From Hydrogenophaga sp. (lineage in GTDB: Bacteria; Pseudomonadota; Gammaproteobacteria; Burkholderiales; Burkholderiaceae_C), in assembly GCF_041913525.1 (NCBI RefSeq), contig NZ_JAYSFD010000002.1:5186-69185 (forward strand): a stretch of 64,000 nucleotides of DNA, written 5' to 3'. Within the stretch, counting starts at the first letter, position 1; each line of letters starts with the position of its first letter. A model generated the notes under the pieces. The model was not told the origin of the DNA. It saw only the letters and a list, made by a program, of their open reading frames with translations, and did no database searches. Both the position numbers and the translations under genes were made by a program. Shown here piece after piece: positions 9,487 to 17,976 of this stretch.

Positions 9487-10524
9487 ATGATGAAGAAGAG
9501 CATCGTTCTGGTGGCCGCCACCTTGGCCACCGGCGCCGCCATGGCCCAGTCCAGCGTGACGCTGTATGGCCTGGCCGACATCTACCTGGCCAGCCAGAAA
9601 AACGCCGCCACCGGTCAGCGCGTGACCAAGCTGGAGAGCAGTGGCATCTACGAAAGCCGCTTTGGCTTCAAGGGCAGCGAAGACCTGGGCGGTGGCTACA
9701 AGGCCAACTTCCAGCTTGAGCAGGGCTTCGCCCTGGACGCCGGCACTGCCAGCACTGGCCAGGCCTTCAGCCGCCAGTCGTGGGTGGGCATCTCCGGTGG
9801 CTTTGGTGACGCGCGCTTCGGCAAGGCCTGGAGCGCCTTCGACGACGTGAGTGGCTCCACCCTGGCGGCCAAGAACTCGGTGCTGGCCCCCAACCAGGGC
9901 ACCTGGCTGACCACCTCGTACAAGGACAACCCGAACAACGGCCTGTACTACGCCACGCCCGAATTCGGCGGCCTGAGCGCGGCCGTGAGCTACGGCCTGG
10001 GCGAGAACAAGACGCCCACCACTGGTGCTGGCTCCATCACCAGCGTGCACGTGAAGTACGGCAAGGGCCCGCTGTTCGCGGCCGTGGCCTACCAGACGGA
10101 AAAGGCGACCTCGGCCGCCAAGGCGATCAACTTCACCCGCCTGAGTGGTTCGTACGACTTCGGCCCGGCCAAGCTGCTGGCCAGCTATGGTCGTGTCAGT
10201 CACGACGGCAGCCGCACCAACGAGTGGGCCCTGGGCGCCGACGTGCCCCTGGGCGGCGGCTGGCTGCTCTCGGGTGGCGTGGCCAACTCGAAGGGTGGCA
10301 TCACCGGTTTCACCGGCGACGCCAACTACACCGGCAAGCTCGTGAACACCGTGGCACCGGGTGCCGCCGATGTGAAGCGCACCGGTTACAGCGTCGCGGC
10401 CTTCTACAGCCTGAGCAAGCGCACCACCGTCTACGGTGGTTACCGCTCCAACACCACCAAGGTGCCGGGTGCTGCCGACCAGGACGGCAGCCTGCTGGCC
10501 GTGGGCATGCTGCACACCTTCTGA
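9487..10524 (+). CDS. Outer-membrane porin (Burkholderiales OmpC/Omp32-like)
   Basis: Signal peptide MMKKSIVLVAATLATGAAMA, then QSSVTLYGLADIY. Beta-strand periodicity throughout and a C-terminal ...GMLHTF. Confidence 0.92.
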   Translation: MMKKSIVLVAATLATGAAMAQSSVTLYGLADIYLASQKNAATGQRVTKLESSGIYESRFGFKGSEDLGGGYKANFQLEQGFALDAGTASTGQAFSRQSWVGISGGFGDARFGKAWSAFDDVSGSTLAAKNSVLAPNQGTWLTTSYKDNPNNGLYYATPEFGGLSAAVSYGLGENKTPTTGAGSITSVHVKYGKGPLFAAVAYQTEKATSAAKAINFTRLSGSYDFGPAKLLASYGRVSHDGSRTNEWALGADVPLGGGWLLSGGVANSKGGITGFTGDANYTGKLVNTVAPGAADVKRTGYSVAAFYSLSKRTTVYGGYRSNTTKVPGAADQDGSLLAVGMLHTF

Positions 10525-10575
10525 TCGAAAGGGGCCTCGACCCCTTGTTTCTCCGGTTGACTTCCTATGCTGTTT

Positions 10576-10602
10576 CACCGCGCCTCGGCGCGGTGTTTTT
10601 TT
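10576..10602 (+). terminator. Rho-independent terminator after the porin
   Basis: caccgcgcc-tc-ggcgcggtg followed by T8. Confidence 0.85.
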
Positions 10603-10633
10603 GCCCGAAAGCCGGGGCCGAAGCCCCGTGGCA

Positions 10634-11449
10634 TCAAGTCAGCCAGGCCGAATGAAGCATCTTGGCCGCCAGCACGAAGAGGAAGGCCGCGAACACCCGC
10701 TTGAGCGTGGCCACCGGCAGCCGTGCCGCCAGACGGGCGCCCACAGGGGCCATCAGCACGCCCGGAATCAACACACCCAGAAACGCCGGCAAATAAATGA
10801 AGCCCAGGCTGCCCGCTGGCAGATCCACTGTTCCGCGACCACCAATGAAGAACATCACCGCGCCCATGATGGCAATGGGCAGGCCCAGCGCCGCCGACGT
10901 GCCCACGGCGCGGTGCATGTTCACGTTGCACCAGGTCATGAAGGGCACCGAAAGAAAGCCGCCTCCGGCCCCCACCAGCTGCGACAGCGCGCTGATGGCC
11001 GTGCCCACGCCGGCCAGGCCGAGCGCGCCGGGCAACTGGCGCGTGGGCTTGGGCTTGGCGTTGAGGAACATCTGCAGCGCCGAGTACGAGACAAACACCG
11101 CGAACAGCATCGCCAGCGCGGTGGTGCTGAGCTGCTTGGCCAGCCAGCCGCCCACCAGGCCACCCAGCAGGATGCCCGGTGCGATGCCGCGCACGATGGA
11201 CCAGTCCACATTGCCCTTGGCGTGGTGGGTGCGCGCGCTGGAGATCGAGGTGAACACGATGATGGCCAGCGAGGTGCCCAGTGCCATGTGCACCAGCGAG
11301 GCGCGGGCAAAGCCCTGGGCCTCGAACAGCCAGGTGAGCAAAGGCACGAACAGCATGCCCCCGCCAATGCCCAGCAGGCCCGCGGCAAAACCACCGGCCA
11401 CGCCCAGGGCGAGGTAGGCGGGCAACCAATGCAAGAAATCGACGCTCAT
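10634..11449 (-). CDS. TauE/SafE-family (DUF81) anion exporter/permease
   Basis: Start trimmed to ATG 11449 (MSVDFLHWLPAYLALGVAGGFAAGLLGIGGG). 271 aa with about 8 TM and the duplicated GxGGG motifs typical of TauE. Confidence 0.88.
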   Translation of the reverse strand: MSVDFLHWLPAYLALGVAGGFAAGLLGIGGGMLFVPLLTWLFEAQGFARASLVHMALGTSLAIIVFTSISSARTHHAKGNVDWSIVRGIAPGILLGGLVGGWLAKQLSTTALAMLFAVFVSYSALQMFLNAKPKPTRQLPGALGLAGVGTAISALSQLVGAGGGFLSVPFMTWCNVNMHRAVGTSAALGLPIAIMGAVMFFIGGRGTVDLPAGSLGFIYLPAFLGVLIPGVLMAPVGARLAARLPVATLKRVFAAFLFVLAAKMLHSAWLT

Positions 11450-11576
11450 GAAAACTCCTTTGATGGAAGGGAAAGAAAGAATGGAAAAAACCACTGGTGG
11501 CTCACCGCCCCGCCCCTGGACAGGGGGCTCGCATAAAATTCGGGCGCCTCGGGCGGCGTTCTGCGCGGGCCCGCTC

Positions 11577-11588
11577 CATACAGTCGAC
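11577..11588. promoter_or_regulatory. Degenerate GTATAC-type half-palindrome (CATAC A GTCGAC) just upstream of the GntR gene
   Basis: Two mismatches to ATACAGTATAC, 18 nt before the GntR ATG. Weak. Confidence 0.25.
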
Positions 11589-11605
11589 CGAGAACACCAA
11601 GCGCC

Positions 11606-12259
11606 ATGACCCTGCTGAAGAAGGAAGCCACCCTGGGCGCCGCCCATTCGCCGCTGACCACGCTGGTGGTCGAGGCCTTGCGCGACCGCATCCTCAGCGG
11701 TGCCATTCCACCGGGCGAGCGCCTGGTGGAGAGCCGCCTCTCGGAAGAACTGGGGGTGTCGCGCATGCCGGTGCGCGAGGCGCTGCGGCAGCTCGCATCG
11801 GAAGGCCTGGTCACCATCGAGCCGCGCCGGGGCGCGTCGGTCACGTCGTTCAGCCCCGAGCAGGTGCGCGAACTGGTGGAAGTGCGCGCCACGCTCGAAG
11901 GCCTGAACGCCAAGCTGGCGGCCCAGCGCCACGACGCCCGGCAAATTGCCGAGATGGAAAAAATTCTGGAAGAGGGCGCGCGCCTGGCCGCGGTGGGCGA
12001 CCCGGCCACGCTGATGCAGATGAACCAGCGTTTTCACGACGCGCTGGGCAGCATCGCCGCCAATTCGGTGTTGCAAGAGATCATGCGGTCGCTGCGCGAC
12101 CGCACGGCCCTGCTGTTCGCGCCCATCAACCGCACGCGTGGCGAACAGAACTGGGACGAGCACGCGGCCATCCTGCGCGCGGTCATCAAGGGCGATGCCG
12201 AACTGGCCGCGCTGCTGGCCATGCGCCACGTGTACAACGCGGCGCAGATGGAGCCCTGA
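11606..12259 (+). CDS. GntR-family (FadR subfamily, FCD domain) transcriptional regulator
   Basis: HTH region GERLVESRLSEELGVSRMPVREALRQLASEGLVTIEPRRGASV, plus a helical FCD C-terminal domain. Confidence 0.92.
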   Translation: MTLLKKEATLGAAHSPLTTLVVEALRDRILSGAIPPGERLVESRLSEELGVSRMPVREALRQLASEGLVTIEPRRGASVTSFSPEQVRELVEVRATLEGLNAKLAAQRHDARQIAEMEKILEEGARLAAVGDPATLMQMNQRFHDALGSIAANSVLQEIMRSLRDRTALLFAPINRTRGEQNWDEHAAILRAVIKGDAELAALLAMRHVYNAAQMEP

Positions 12260-12284
12260 TCGGGCGGACGCGCGCCGCCGGCGC

Positions 12285-13202
12285 TCAGGCGCCGGCTTGC
12301 AGGCGCTGCCACACCAGACCGGCCAGGGCCACGTCTTCCAGGCCCACGCCGACCGACTTGTACAGCGTGATGGCGCTGTCGTCCTGGCGCCCCGGGTGTT
12401 GCCCGGTGACCAGTTCGCCCAGCTCCACGATCTGTTCTTCGCGCAGCACCTCGGGCGCGGCCAGCACCAGGTCGCCGGCCTCGCGCAGCGTCTGCGGTTT
12501 CCACTCCACCGCGATCACGCTGGCGCGCCGCAGGGCGGTGTCGTCCAGTTCGCGGGTGTGCGGCAGGCTGGAGCCGATGGCCGCCACGAAGGCGCCGGGC
12601 TTGAGTTGCGCACCGCCGAAGAGGGGTGTGGTCGAGCGCGAGGCGGTGACCACGATGTCGGCGTCGTCCACCGCTTCGTCGGCGCCACACAGGCGCACCG
12701 GCACGCCGCACAAGGCCTGCAGTTCCTCGGCCACCGTGGGGCTGGCGTAGGGATCGCACACGCGGATGTCGTGCAGCGCGAAGGCCTTGGCCATCTGCTG
12801 CGCGTGCATGCGACCCTGCACACCGGCGCCGAACAGGGCCAGGCGGCGCGCACCCGCGCGGGCCAGGTGGCGCGCCGCGATCACCGAGCAGGCGGCGGTG
12901 CGCAGCCGGGTGATGGCGCCCGCGTCGAATGAGGCCAGGGCGCGGCCGTCCACGGTGGAAAACAGCAGGATCACAAAAGTGAACTGGCCCTTGATGGTGG
13001 TGTAGACCTTGGCGCCGGCCACTTCCTGGCCGGGAATCACCGCGCCCAGGGTGGAGAGCTTCACCCCGCCCGCTTCGGTGCGGATGCGCTCTTGCATGGC
13101 GGCCTCGCCGCGCCCGAAGCGCTCGAAGGCGTCCAGCAGCACGGCCTGGGCCTGCTCGGGGGTGATGGTGGCGTCGACCACGGCGTCCGTGATGTGTTGC
13201 AT
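12285..13202 (-). CDS. Ornithine cyclodeaminase / mu-crystallin family NAD(P) enzyme (imine reductase or cyclodeaminase)
   Basis: 305 aa. GAITRLRTAACSVIAARHLAR and LALFGAGVQGRMH (Rossmann) are typical of OCD/mu-crystallin. Confidence 0.9.
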   Translation of the reverse strand: MQHITDAVVDATITPEQAQAVLLDAFERFGRGEAAMQERIRTEAGGVKLSTLGAVIPGQEVAGAKVYTTIKGQFTFVILLFSTVDGRALASFDAGAITRLRTAACSVIAARHLARAGARRLALFGAGVQGRMHAQQMAKAFALHDIRVCDPYASPTVAEELQALCGVPVRLCGADEAVDDADIVVTASRSTTPLFGGAQLKPGAFVAAIGSSLPHTRELDDTALRRASVIAVEWKPQTLREAGDLVLAAPEVLREEQIVELGELVTGQHPGRQDDSAITLYKSVGVGLEDVALAGLVWQRLQAGA

Positions 13203-13244
13203 GGCGGGTCCTTGAAAGGGAGTGAACAGGGGGAAGGGGGGGCC

Positions 13245-13994
13245 TCAGTGGCCGGTCAGCACCCGGGCCAGAATGCCCAGCGCGCCCAGGCCGGCCATGC
13301 CCAGCAGCAGCGCGCGCACCCGGGCCGCGGGCACGCGCCCCTTGAGCAGGCCCGAGACCAGAAAGCCGGCCAGCATCCAGGGCATGAGGATCAGGCTGAT
13401 GAGGAACTCGTGCGCGCCCATGCGGCCCACGGCGGTGAGCGCCGCGATCGACACGGCCGAGCCAATGAAGAAGATGGCGCCAAAAGTGCCGCGCAGGCGA
13501 TCGGCCGGCATGTGCTGCATGGCAATGGCAAAGGGCGGTGCGCCCACCGAGGTGATGGTGCCCATCACGCCCGAGGCCAGCCCGGCAATGGTGGTGTTGC
13601 GCAGCGTGGGCATCACGCGCCAGCCAGACAGGCTCAGGCCCACGCCGCTGAGGATCAGCACAGCGAACAGCACCGACAGCGTCTGCGCAGAGAGCAGCGT
13701 CAGGCTGACGGCGGCCACACCGGTGCCCACCACCCGGCCCACCAGGGCCAGGCGCGCCATGGGCCATTCAATGGAGCGGCGGTCGCGCATGCCTGTCATG
13801 AGCGCCAGCGGGCAGCTCAGCACCAGCATGGGGCCGGGCACCAGTTCGGGGAACCAGAGCGCGGCCAGGGGCGAGGCGAACATGGCAAAGCCCAGGCCAC
13901 TGACGCCCTGCAGGCAGGCGCCCACCAGCACCAGGCTGCCCATGGCGAGCAGACGGTCCCAGCCGATGCTGTTCAGCAGATCCAGAAGCGCCAT
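13245..13994 (-). CDS. Second TauE/SafE-family membrane protein
   Basis: Start trimmed to ATG 13994 (MALLDLLNSIGWDRLLAMGSLVLVGACLQGVSGLGFAMF). 249 aa, polytopic. It lies 13 nt downstream of the ferredoxin gene. Confidence 0.82.
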   Translation of the reverse strand: MALLDLLNSIGWDRLLAMGSLVLVGACLQGVSGLGFAMFASPLAALWFPELVPGPMLVLSCPLALMTGMRDRRSIEWPMARLALVGRVVGTGVAAVSLTLLSAQTLSVLFAVLILSGVGLSLSGWRVMPTLRNTTIAGLASGVMGTITSVGAPPFAIAMQHMPADRLRGTFGAIFFIGSAVSIAALTAVGRMGAHEFLISLILMPWMLAGFLVSGLLKGRVPAARVRALLLGMAGLGALGILARVLTGH

Positions 13995-14007
13995 GGCCGC
14001 GTGCGCC

Positions 14008-14286
14008 TCACCACGAGACGGCGATGTCTCCGCGCACGAAGGTCTGGCAGGCCATGCGGTAGCCGGCCGCGATGTCCTCATCGCTCAGGTGCTTGCGCTC
14101 CTTGGCCTTGACCTCGTCGGTGTGCTCCAGCCCTTGCTCGATGCGGCACTTGCAGGTGCCGCACAGGCCACCGCCGCACTTGAACGGAATGCCGCCCTTT
14201 TCGCGCAGCGACACGCGCAGCAGGTTGCTGTTGTCGGGCGCGCTGGCGACCTTGTGCTCGTTGTTGATGAAGGTGATCTGGATCAT
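14008..14286 (-). CDS. Plant-type [2Fe-2S] ferredoxin (Fdx-2)
   Basis: 92 aa with a CGGGLCGTC...C(RMACQ) = C-x4-C-x2-C...C cluster motif. Its start overlaps the upstream gene stop (ATGA). Confidence 0.9.
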   Translation of the reverse strand: MIQITFINNEHKVASAPDNSNLLRVSLREKGGIPFKCGGGLCGTCKCRIEQGLEHTDEVKAKERKHLSDEDIAAGYRMACQTFVRGDIAVSW

Positions 14287-14615
14287 GGCTGAACAGAAAG
14301 AGGGCGGCTGATGTCGGCAAGGGCCACTGGCACGAGTTCGGCCTGCATCGCCCCGAATGAGCAGAGGTGGTGAAGCTCGCGCCGGGCGGCGTCGAGGGTG
14401 GAGAAAGACTCCAGGAACTTGGAGGGCACGGCGTTGACGGTGACCGGCTCGGTCTCGTCGATGACGCGCACCCGCGTGGGGTTGAGCAGCTCGGCCACCA
14501 CGAAGCGCGCGCGCAGGCGGCCATAAAAGCGGTAGTCGTAGGCTTCCACCGGGTTCAGGCCGGGGCCCGCTTCGCTGCGGAACTGCCCGGGTTTGGAGGT
14601 CAGGATGACGTACAT
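14283..14615 (-). CDS. 110-aa conserved-looking orphan protein between two ferredoxin genes
   Basis: Start trimmed to ATG 14615 (MYVILTSKPGQFRSEAGPGLNPVEAYDYRFYG...). No Cys cluster and no signal peptide. Translationally coupled to Fdx-2. Confidence 0.7.
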   Translation of the reverse strand: MYVILTSKPGQFRSEAGPGLNPVEAYDYRFYGRLRARFVVAELLNPTRVRVIDETEPVTVNAVPSKFLESFSTLDAARRELHHLCSFGAMQAELVPVALADISRPLSVQP

Positions 14616-14635
14616 GGCGCGGTCCTTGCGTGGGG

Positions 14636-14926
14636 TTATTCCTGCACGAGCTCGATGTCGTGCTCCAGCCAGAGCTGGCAGGTCAGGCGATAGCCCTGAT
14701 CGAGCCGCTCGCCCAGCTGCTTCTTCTCTTTCCAGTTGGGTGGGGGCAGGTGCTCGGCACCTGCCAGCACCCGCGTGGCGCACTTGGAGCACTTGCCCAT
14801 GCCGCACTCGTATTTCAGGTGGGGAAAGGGAAATTCCTTGATGCCGGCGCGCACCACCAGATTGGTTTGCGGTTTGACCTCGCCTTGGTAGGTCTGGCCG
14901 TTCTTGTGGAAGGTGACGATGGGCAT
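14636..14926 (-). CDS. Plant-type [2Fe-2S] ferredoxin (Fdx-1)
   Basis: Start trimmed to ATG 14926 (MPIVTFHKNGQTYQGEV). 96 aa with CGMGKCSKC...C(LTCQ) = C-x4-C-x2-C...C. Confidence 0.9.
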   Translation of the reverse strand: MPIVTFHKNGQTYQGEVKPQTNLVVRAGIKEFPFPHLKYECGMGKCSKCATRVLAGAEHLPPPNWKEKKQLGERLDQGYRLTCQLWLEHDIELVQE

Positions 14927-14972
14927 GGTGAGGGGGCTTTCGGAGGCCTGAAAAATCGGTTGCGTTGAGCTC

Positions 14973-14987
14973 AGTATACAGTATACT
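14973..14987. promoter_or_regulatory. Perfect 15-bp palindrome AGTATAC A GTATACT (copy B1)
   Basis: Located in the divergent Fdx-1 / HDO intergenic region. Confidence 0.75.
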
Positions 14988-15026
14988 TTAATCGAGTCAA
15001 CGCCAATCACCCGGTCAAAAGGGAAT

Positions 15027-15045
15027 GGAAAGCCCCCAAAAGGCC
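15027..15045 (+). promoter_or_regulatory. Shared leader element GGAAAGCCCCCAAAAGGCC
   Basis: Counterpart of 7706-7723. It lies between palindromes B1 and B2. Confidence 0.45.
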
Positions 15046-15065
15046 TTCCTATTGGCGCAGTCTCG

Positions 15066-15078
15066 GTATACTGTATAC
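15066..15078. promoter_or_regulatory. Perfect palindrome GTATAC T GTATAC (copy B2)
   Basis: 73 nt upstream of the HDO start codon. Confidence 0.75.
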
Positions 15079-15150
15079 GCTGCCTGCGGTTGGCCCGTTC
15101 CGGACAGGTGCCGGCAGACATCCACCCCACTCTTCATTCAGGAGCCTTTC

Positions 15151-15882
15151 ATGTCTCAACTGTTGAACCGCGATGAATTCCGGACCGCCCTCGAAAACGC
15201 CATCAAGGGCAAGAGCGCCAACCAGTCGCCCTTTAGCCTGGCCTGGGCCGGTGGCACCCTCAGCCGCGAGCACCTGGCGCGCTGGGCCGAGAACCACTAC
15301 CACTACGTGGGCCCTTTCGCCGACTACCTGGGCTACCTCTACGCCCGCACCCCCGACCACATGACCGAGGCCAAGGACTTCCTGCTGGCCAACATGTACG
15401 AAGAGGAAATCGGTGGCGACCGTCACACCGACCTGCTGATCCGCTTCGCCGAGGCCTGCGGCACCACCCGTGAGCGCGTGGTTGACCCCGACAACATGTC
15501 GCCCACCACCCGTGGCCTGCAAAGCTGGTGCTACGCCGTGGCCATGCGCGAAGACCCCGTGGTCGCCGTGGCCGGCCTCGTGGTGGGCCTGGAGTCGCAA
15601 GTGCCCTCGATCTACCGCAAGCAAACCCCCACCCTGCGCGAGAAGTACGGCTTCACCGACGAAGAAGTGGAGTTCTTCGACCTGCACATCGTCTCGGATG
15701 AGATCCACGGCGAGCGCGGCTACCAGATCGTGCTGGAGCACGCCAACACCATCGAGCTGCAACAGCGCTGCCTGAAGATTTGCGAGATCGGTGCCCAGAT
15801 GCGCCTGCTCTACACCACCGCGCTCTACAACGACTACGTGGCCCCCACCCTGGACAAGCCCTCGCTGGCCCTGGCCGCCTGA
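15151..15882 (+). CDS. PqqC-fold heme-oxygenase-like diiron oxidase/oxygenase (HDO; iron-containing redox enzyme family)
   Basis: Start at ATG 15151 after the caGGAGcc RBS. 243 aa with PqqC-like N-terminal helices. The full ligand pattern is E85-x6-H92 ... E148 ... H179-x3-D183-x2-H186. Confidence 0.85.
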   Translation: MSQLLNRDEFRTALENAIKGKSANQSPFSLAWAGGTLSREHLARWAENHYHYVGPFADYLGYLYARTPDHMTEAKDFLLANMYEEEIGGDRHTDLLIRFAEACGTTRERVVDPDNMSPTTRGLQSWCYAVAMREDPVVAVAGLVVGLESQVPSIYRKQTPTLREKYGFTDEEVEFFDLHIVSDEIHGERGYQIVLEHANTIELQQRCLKICEIGAQMRLLYTTALYNDYVAPTLDKPSLALAA

Positions 15883-15990
15883 TCGCCATTCAGTGACCTC
15901 AAGCGCCGCCTGAGCGCTTGCTGAGCCGGACGGGCGCGTGCGCGCCCGTCCTCTCCCCCTCCCGACATCCGATCCCGGAGCCGTCCTTCC

Positions 15991-17442
15991 ATGCAGACCG
16001 AAGAATTCCTCAACTACATCAATGGCGAATGGGTGAAGTGCCGCAGCGGTCGAACCTTCGACAACATGAACCCGGCCGACACCCGTGAGCTGGTGGGACG
16101 CTTTCAAGCCTCCACCGCGCTGGACGCTGAAGACGCCGTGAACGCCGCCGCCGCCGCCTTTGATGGCTGGCGCCGCACGCCGGTGGGCCAGCGCGCCCGC
16201 CTGCTCAACAAGGCCGCCGACTACCTGGAGGCCAACGCCCAGCGCTTTGGCGAAGAGCTCAGCCGGGAAGAGGGCAAATCGGTCGCCCTGGGCAAGGACG
16301 AGTTCGTGCGCGCCGCGCAGACCTTTCGCTTCTACGCCACCGAAGGCCAGACCTTTGGCGGTGAAACCTATGTGCAAGACGACCCCGACCTGATGGTCTA
16401 CAGCCAGCGCGAGCCGCTGGGGGTGGTCTCGGTGATCTCGCCCTGGAACTTTCCGGCCTCCATCCCGGCGCGCAAGATCGCGCCAGCGCTGGTCACGGGT
16501 AACACCATCGTCTTCAAGCCCTCGTCTGACGCGCCCCTGAGCGGCCTGCGCCTGGTCGAGGCGCTGGTGCACGCCGGCCTGCCGGCGGGCGTCATCAACT
16601 ACATCACCGGCCGCGCCGGCGACGTGGGCCCCATCATCACCACCTCGCAGGCCATTCGCGCCATTTCCTTCACCGGCTCCACCCAGGCGGGCATGCACAT
16701 CCACCGCACGGTGCACCTGACCACGCGCCTGCAGATGGAACTGGGCGGCAAGAACCCGCTGATCGTGATGGAAGACGCCGACCTGGACAAGGCGGTGGAC
16801 CTGGCCATCAAGGGCGGCTTCTCGCTCACCGGGCAGGCCTGCACCGGCACCAGCCGCGTGATCGTGATGAAGGCCGTGAAGGAAGACTTCACCCAGCGCC
16901 TGGTGGCCAAGGTGAAGGGCCTGAAGATCGGCCCTGGTCACCAGCCAGGCATGGACCTCGGCCCCCTGGCCACCGCCAAGCAACTGGAGACGGTGCTGTC
17001 CTACATCGCCATCGGCCGCGCAGAGGCGCAACTGCTGTGCGGCGGCGAGCGCCTGCAAGACGGCGAGTACGCACACGGCTACTACGTGACGCCCGCCATT
17101 TTTGACGGCGTGACGCAAAAGGCTCGCATCGCTCGCGAAGAAATCTTCGGCCCGGTGATCGCCATCCTGGAGGCCGAGTCTTTTGAGCAGGCCATGGCCA
17201 TGGCCAACGACAGCGAGTACGGCCTCTCGGCCGCCATCGCCACGCGCAACCCGCGCTACATCCACCAGTTCTCCAACGACATCCAGTCGGGCACGGTGAA
17301 GATCAACCGGACCACCACCGGCAACCTCATCAACGCACCCTTCGGCGGCGTGAAGAACTCCAGCACCTCCACCTTCCGCGAGTCTGGCCGCGTGGGCCTG
17401 GAGTTCTTCACCCAGACCAAGGTCGTTTACCGCGGCCTCTGA
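15991..17442 (+). CDS. NAD(P)-dependent aldehyde dehydrogenase
   Basis: 483 aa with ALDH motifs (ISPWNFP, FTGST, ELGGKNP, catalytic Cys in GQACTG). Confidence 0.93.
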   Translation: MQTEEFLNYINGEWVKCRSGRTFDNMNPADTRELVGRFQASTALDAEDAVNAAAAAFDGWRRTPVGQRARLLNKAADYLEANAQRFGEELSREEGKSVALGKDEFVRAAQTFRFYATEGQTFGGETYVQDDPDLMVYSQREPLGVVSVISPWNFPASIPARKIAPALVTGNTIVFKPSSDAPLSGLRLVEALVHAGLPAGVINYITGRAGDVGPIITTSQAIRAISFTGSTQAGMHIHRTVHLTTRLQMELGGKNPLIVMEDADLDKAVDLAIKGGFSLTGQACTGTSRVIVMKAVKEDFTQRLVAKVKGLKIGPGHQPGMDLGPLATAKQLETVLSYIAIGRAEAQLLCGGERLQDGEYAHGYYVTPAIFDGVTQKARIAREEIFGPVIAILEAESFEQAMAMANDSEYGLSAAIATRNPRYIHQFSNDIQSGTVKINRTTTGNLINAPFGGVKNSSTSTFRESGRVGLEFFTQTKVVYRGL

Positions 17443-17479
17443 ACGCCGCCCATTCCCTTACCGATACCCGAGAACCGCC

Positions 17480-17959
17480 ATGAAGACTTCCCTGAAACTG
17501 CAACTCGACGAAGCCCGCCGCATGGCCGCCGCCGCGCTGGACAAGGCCCAGGCCCTGGGCGTGCCCGAGACCGTGTGCATCACCGACGAAGGCGGCTTTC
17601 CGCTGGTGCTTGAGCGCATGGACGGCGCCCGCGTGACTGGCCCGCAAATCGCTTGGAACAAGGCCTTCACCGCCGCCGGCCACAAGCGTTCCACCCACCT
17701 CTTCAACACCGCGCCCAACGGCCCCGCGCTGCCTGGCAACGAGGCCTTCGGCATCCAGTGGAGCTTCGAGGGCAAGTTCGCCGTGTTCGTCGGCGGCTTC
17801 CCCATCGTGGTGAATGGCGAGGTGGTGGGCGGCGTGGGCCTGAGCGGCGGCAACGGCGAGCAAGACACCGCCTGCGGCCTGGCCGCCCTGCAAGCCCTCA
17901 AGGACCTGCTGGCTCCCAGCGGCCAGGACGTCCTGGTGCAGGCCGACATCAAGAAGTGA
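17480..17959 (+). CDS. GlcG/HbpS-family (DUF336) heme-binding-like protein
   Basis: 159 aa. ...VCITDEGGFPLVLERMDGA... and GGFPIVVNGEVVGGVGLSGG are hallmark GlcG motifs. Confidence 0.88.
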   Translation: MKTSLKLQLDEARRMAAAALDKAQALGVPETVCITDEGGFPLVLERMDGARVTGPQIAWNKAFTAAGHKRSTHLFNTAPNGPALPGNEAFGIQWSFEGKFAVFVGGFPIVVNGEVVGGVGLSGGNGEQDTACGLAALQALKDLLAPSGQDVLVQADIKK

Positions 17960-17976
17960 GCACCGAGGAGCGCGCC

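Noticed and set aside
10603-10633. GCCCGAAAGCCGGGG-type sequence after the T-run of terminators (also at 36277-36300), considered as a REP-like dispersed element.
   Set aside because: Only two copies were seen, both directly abutting terminators. They are probably part of bidirectional terminator structures rather than a repeat family.
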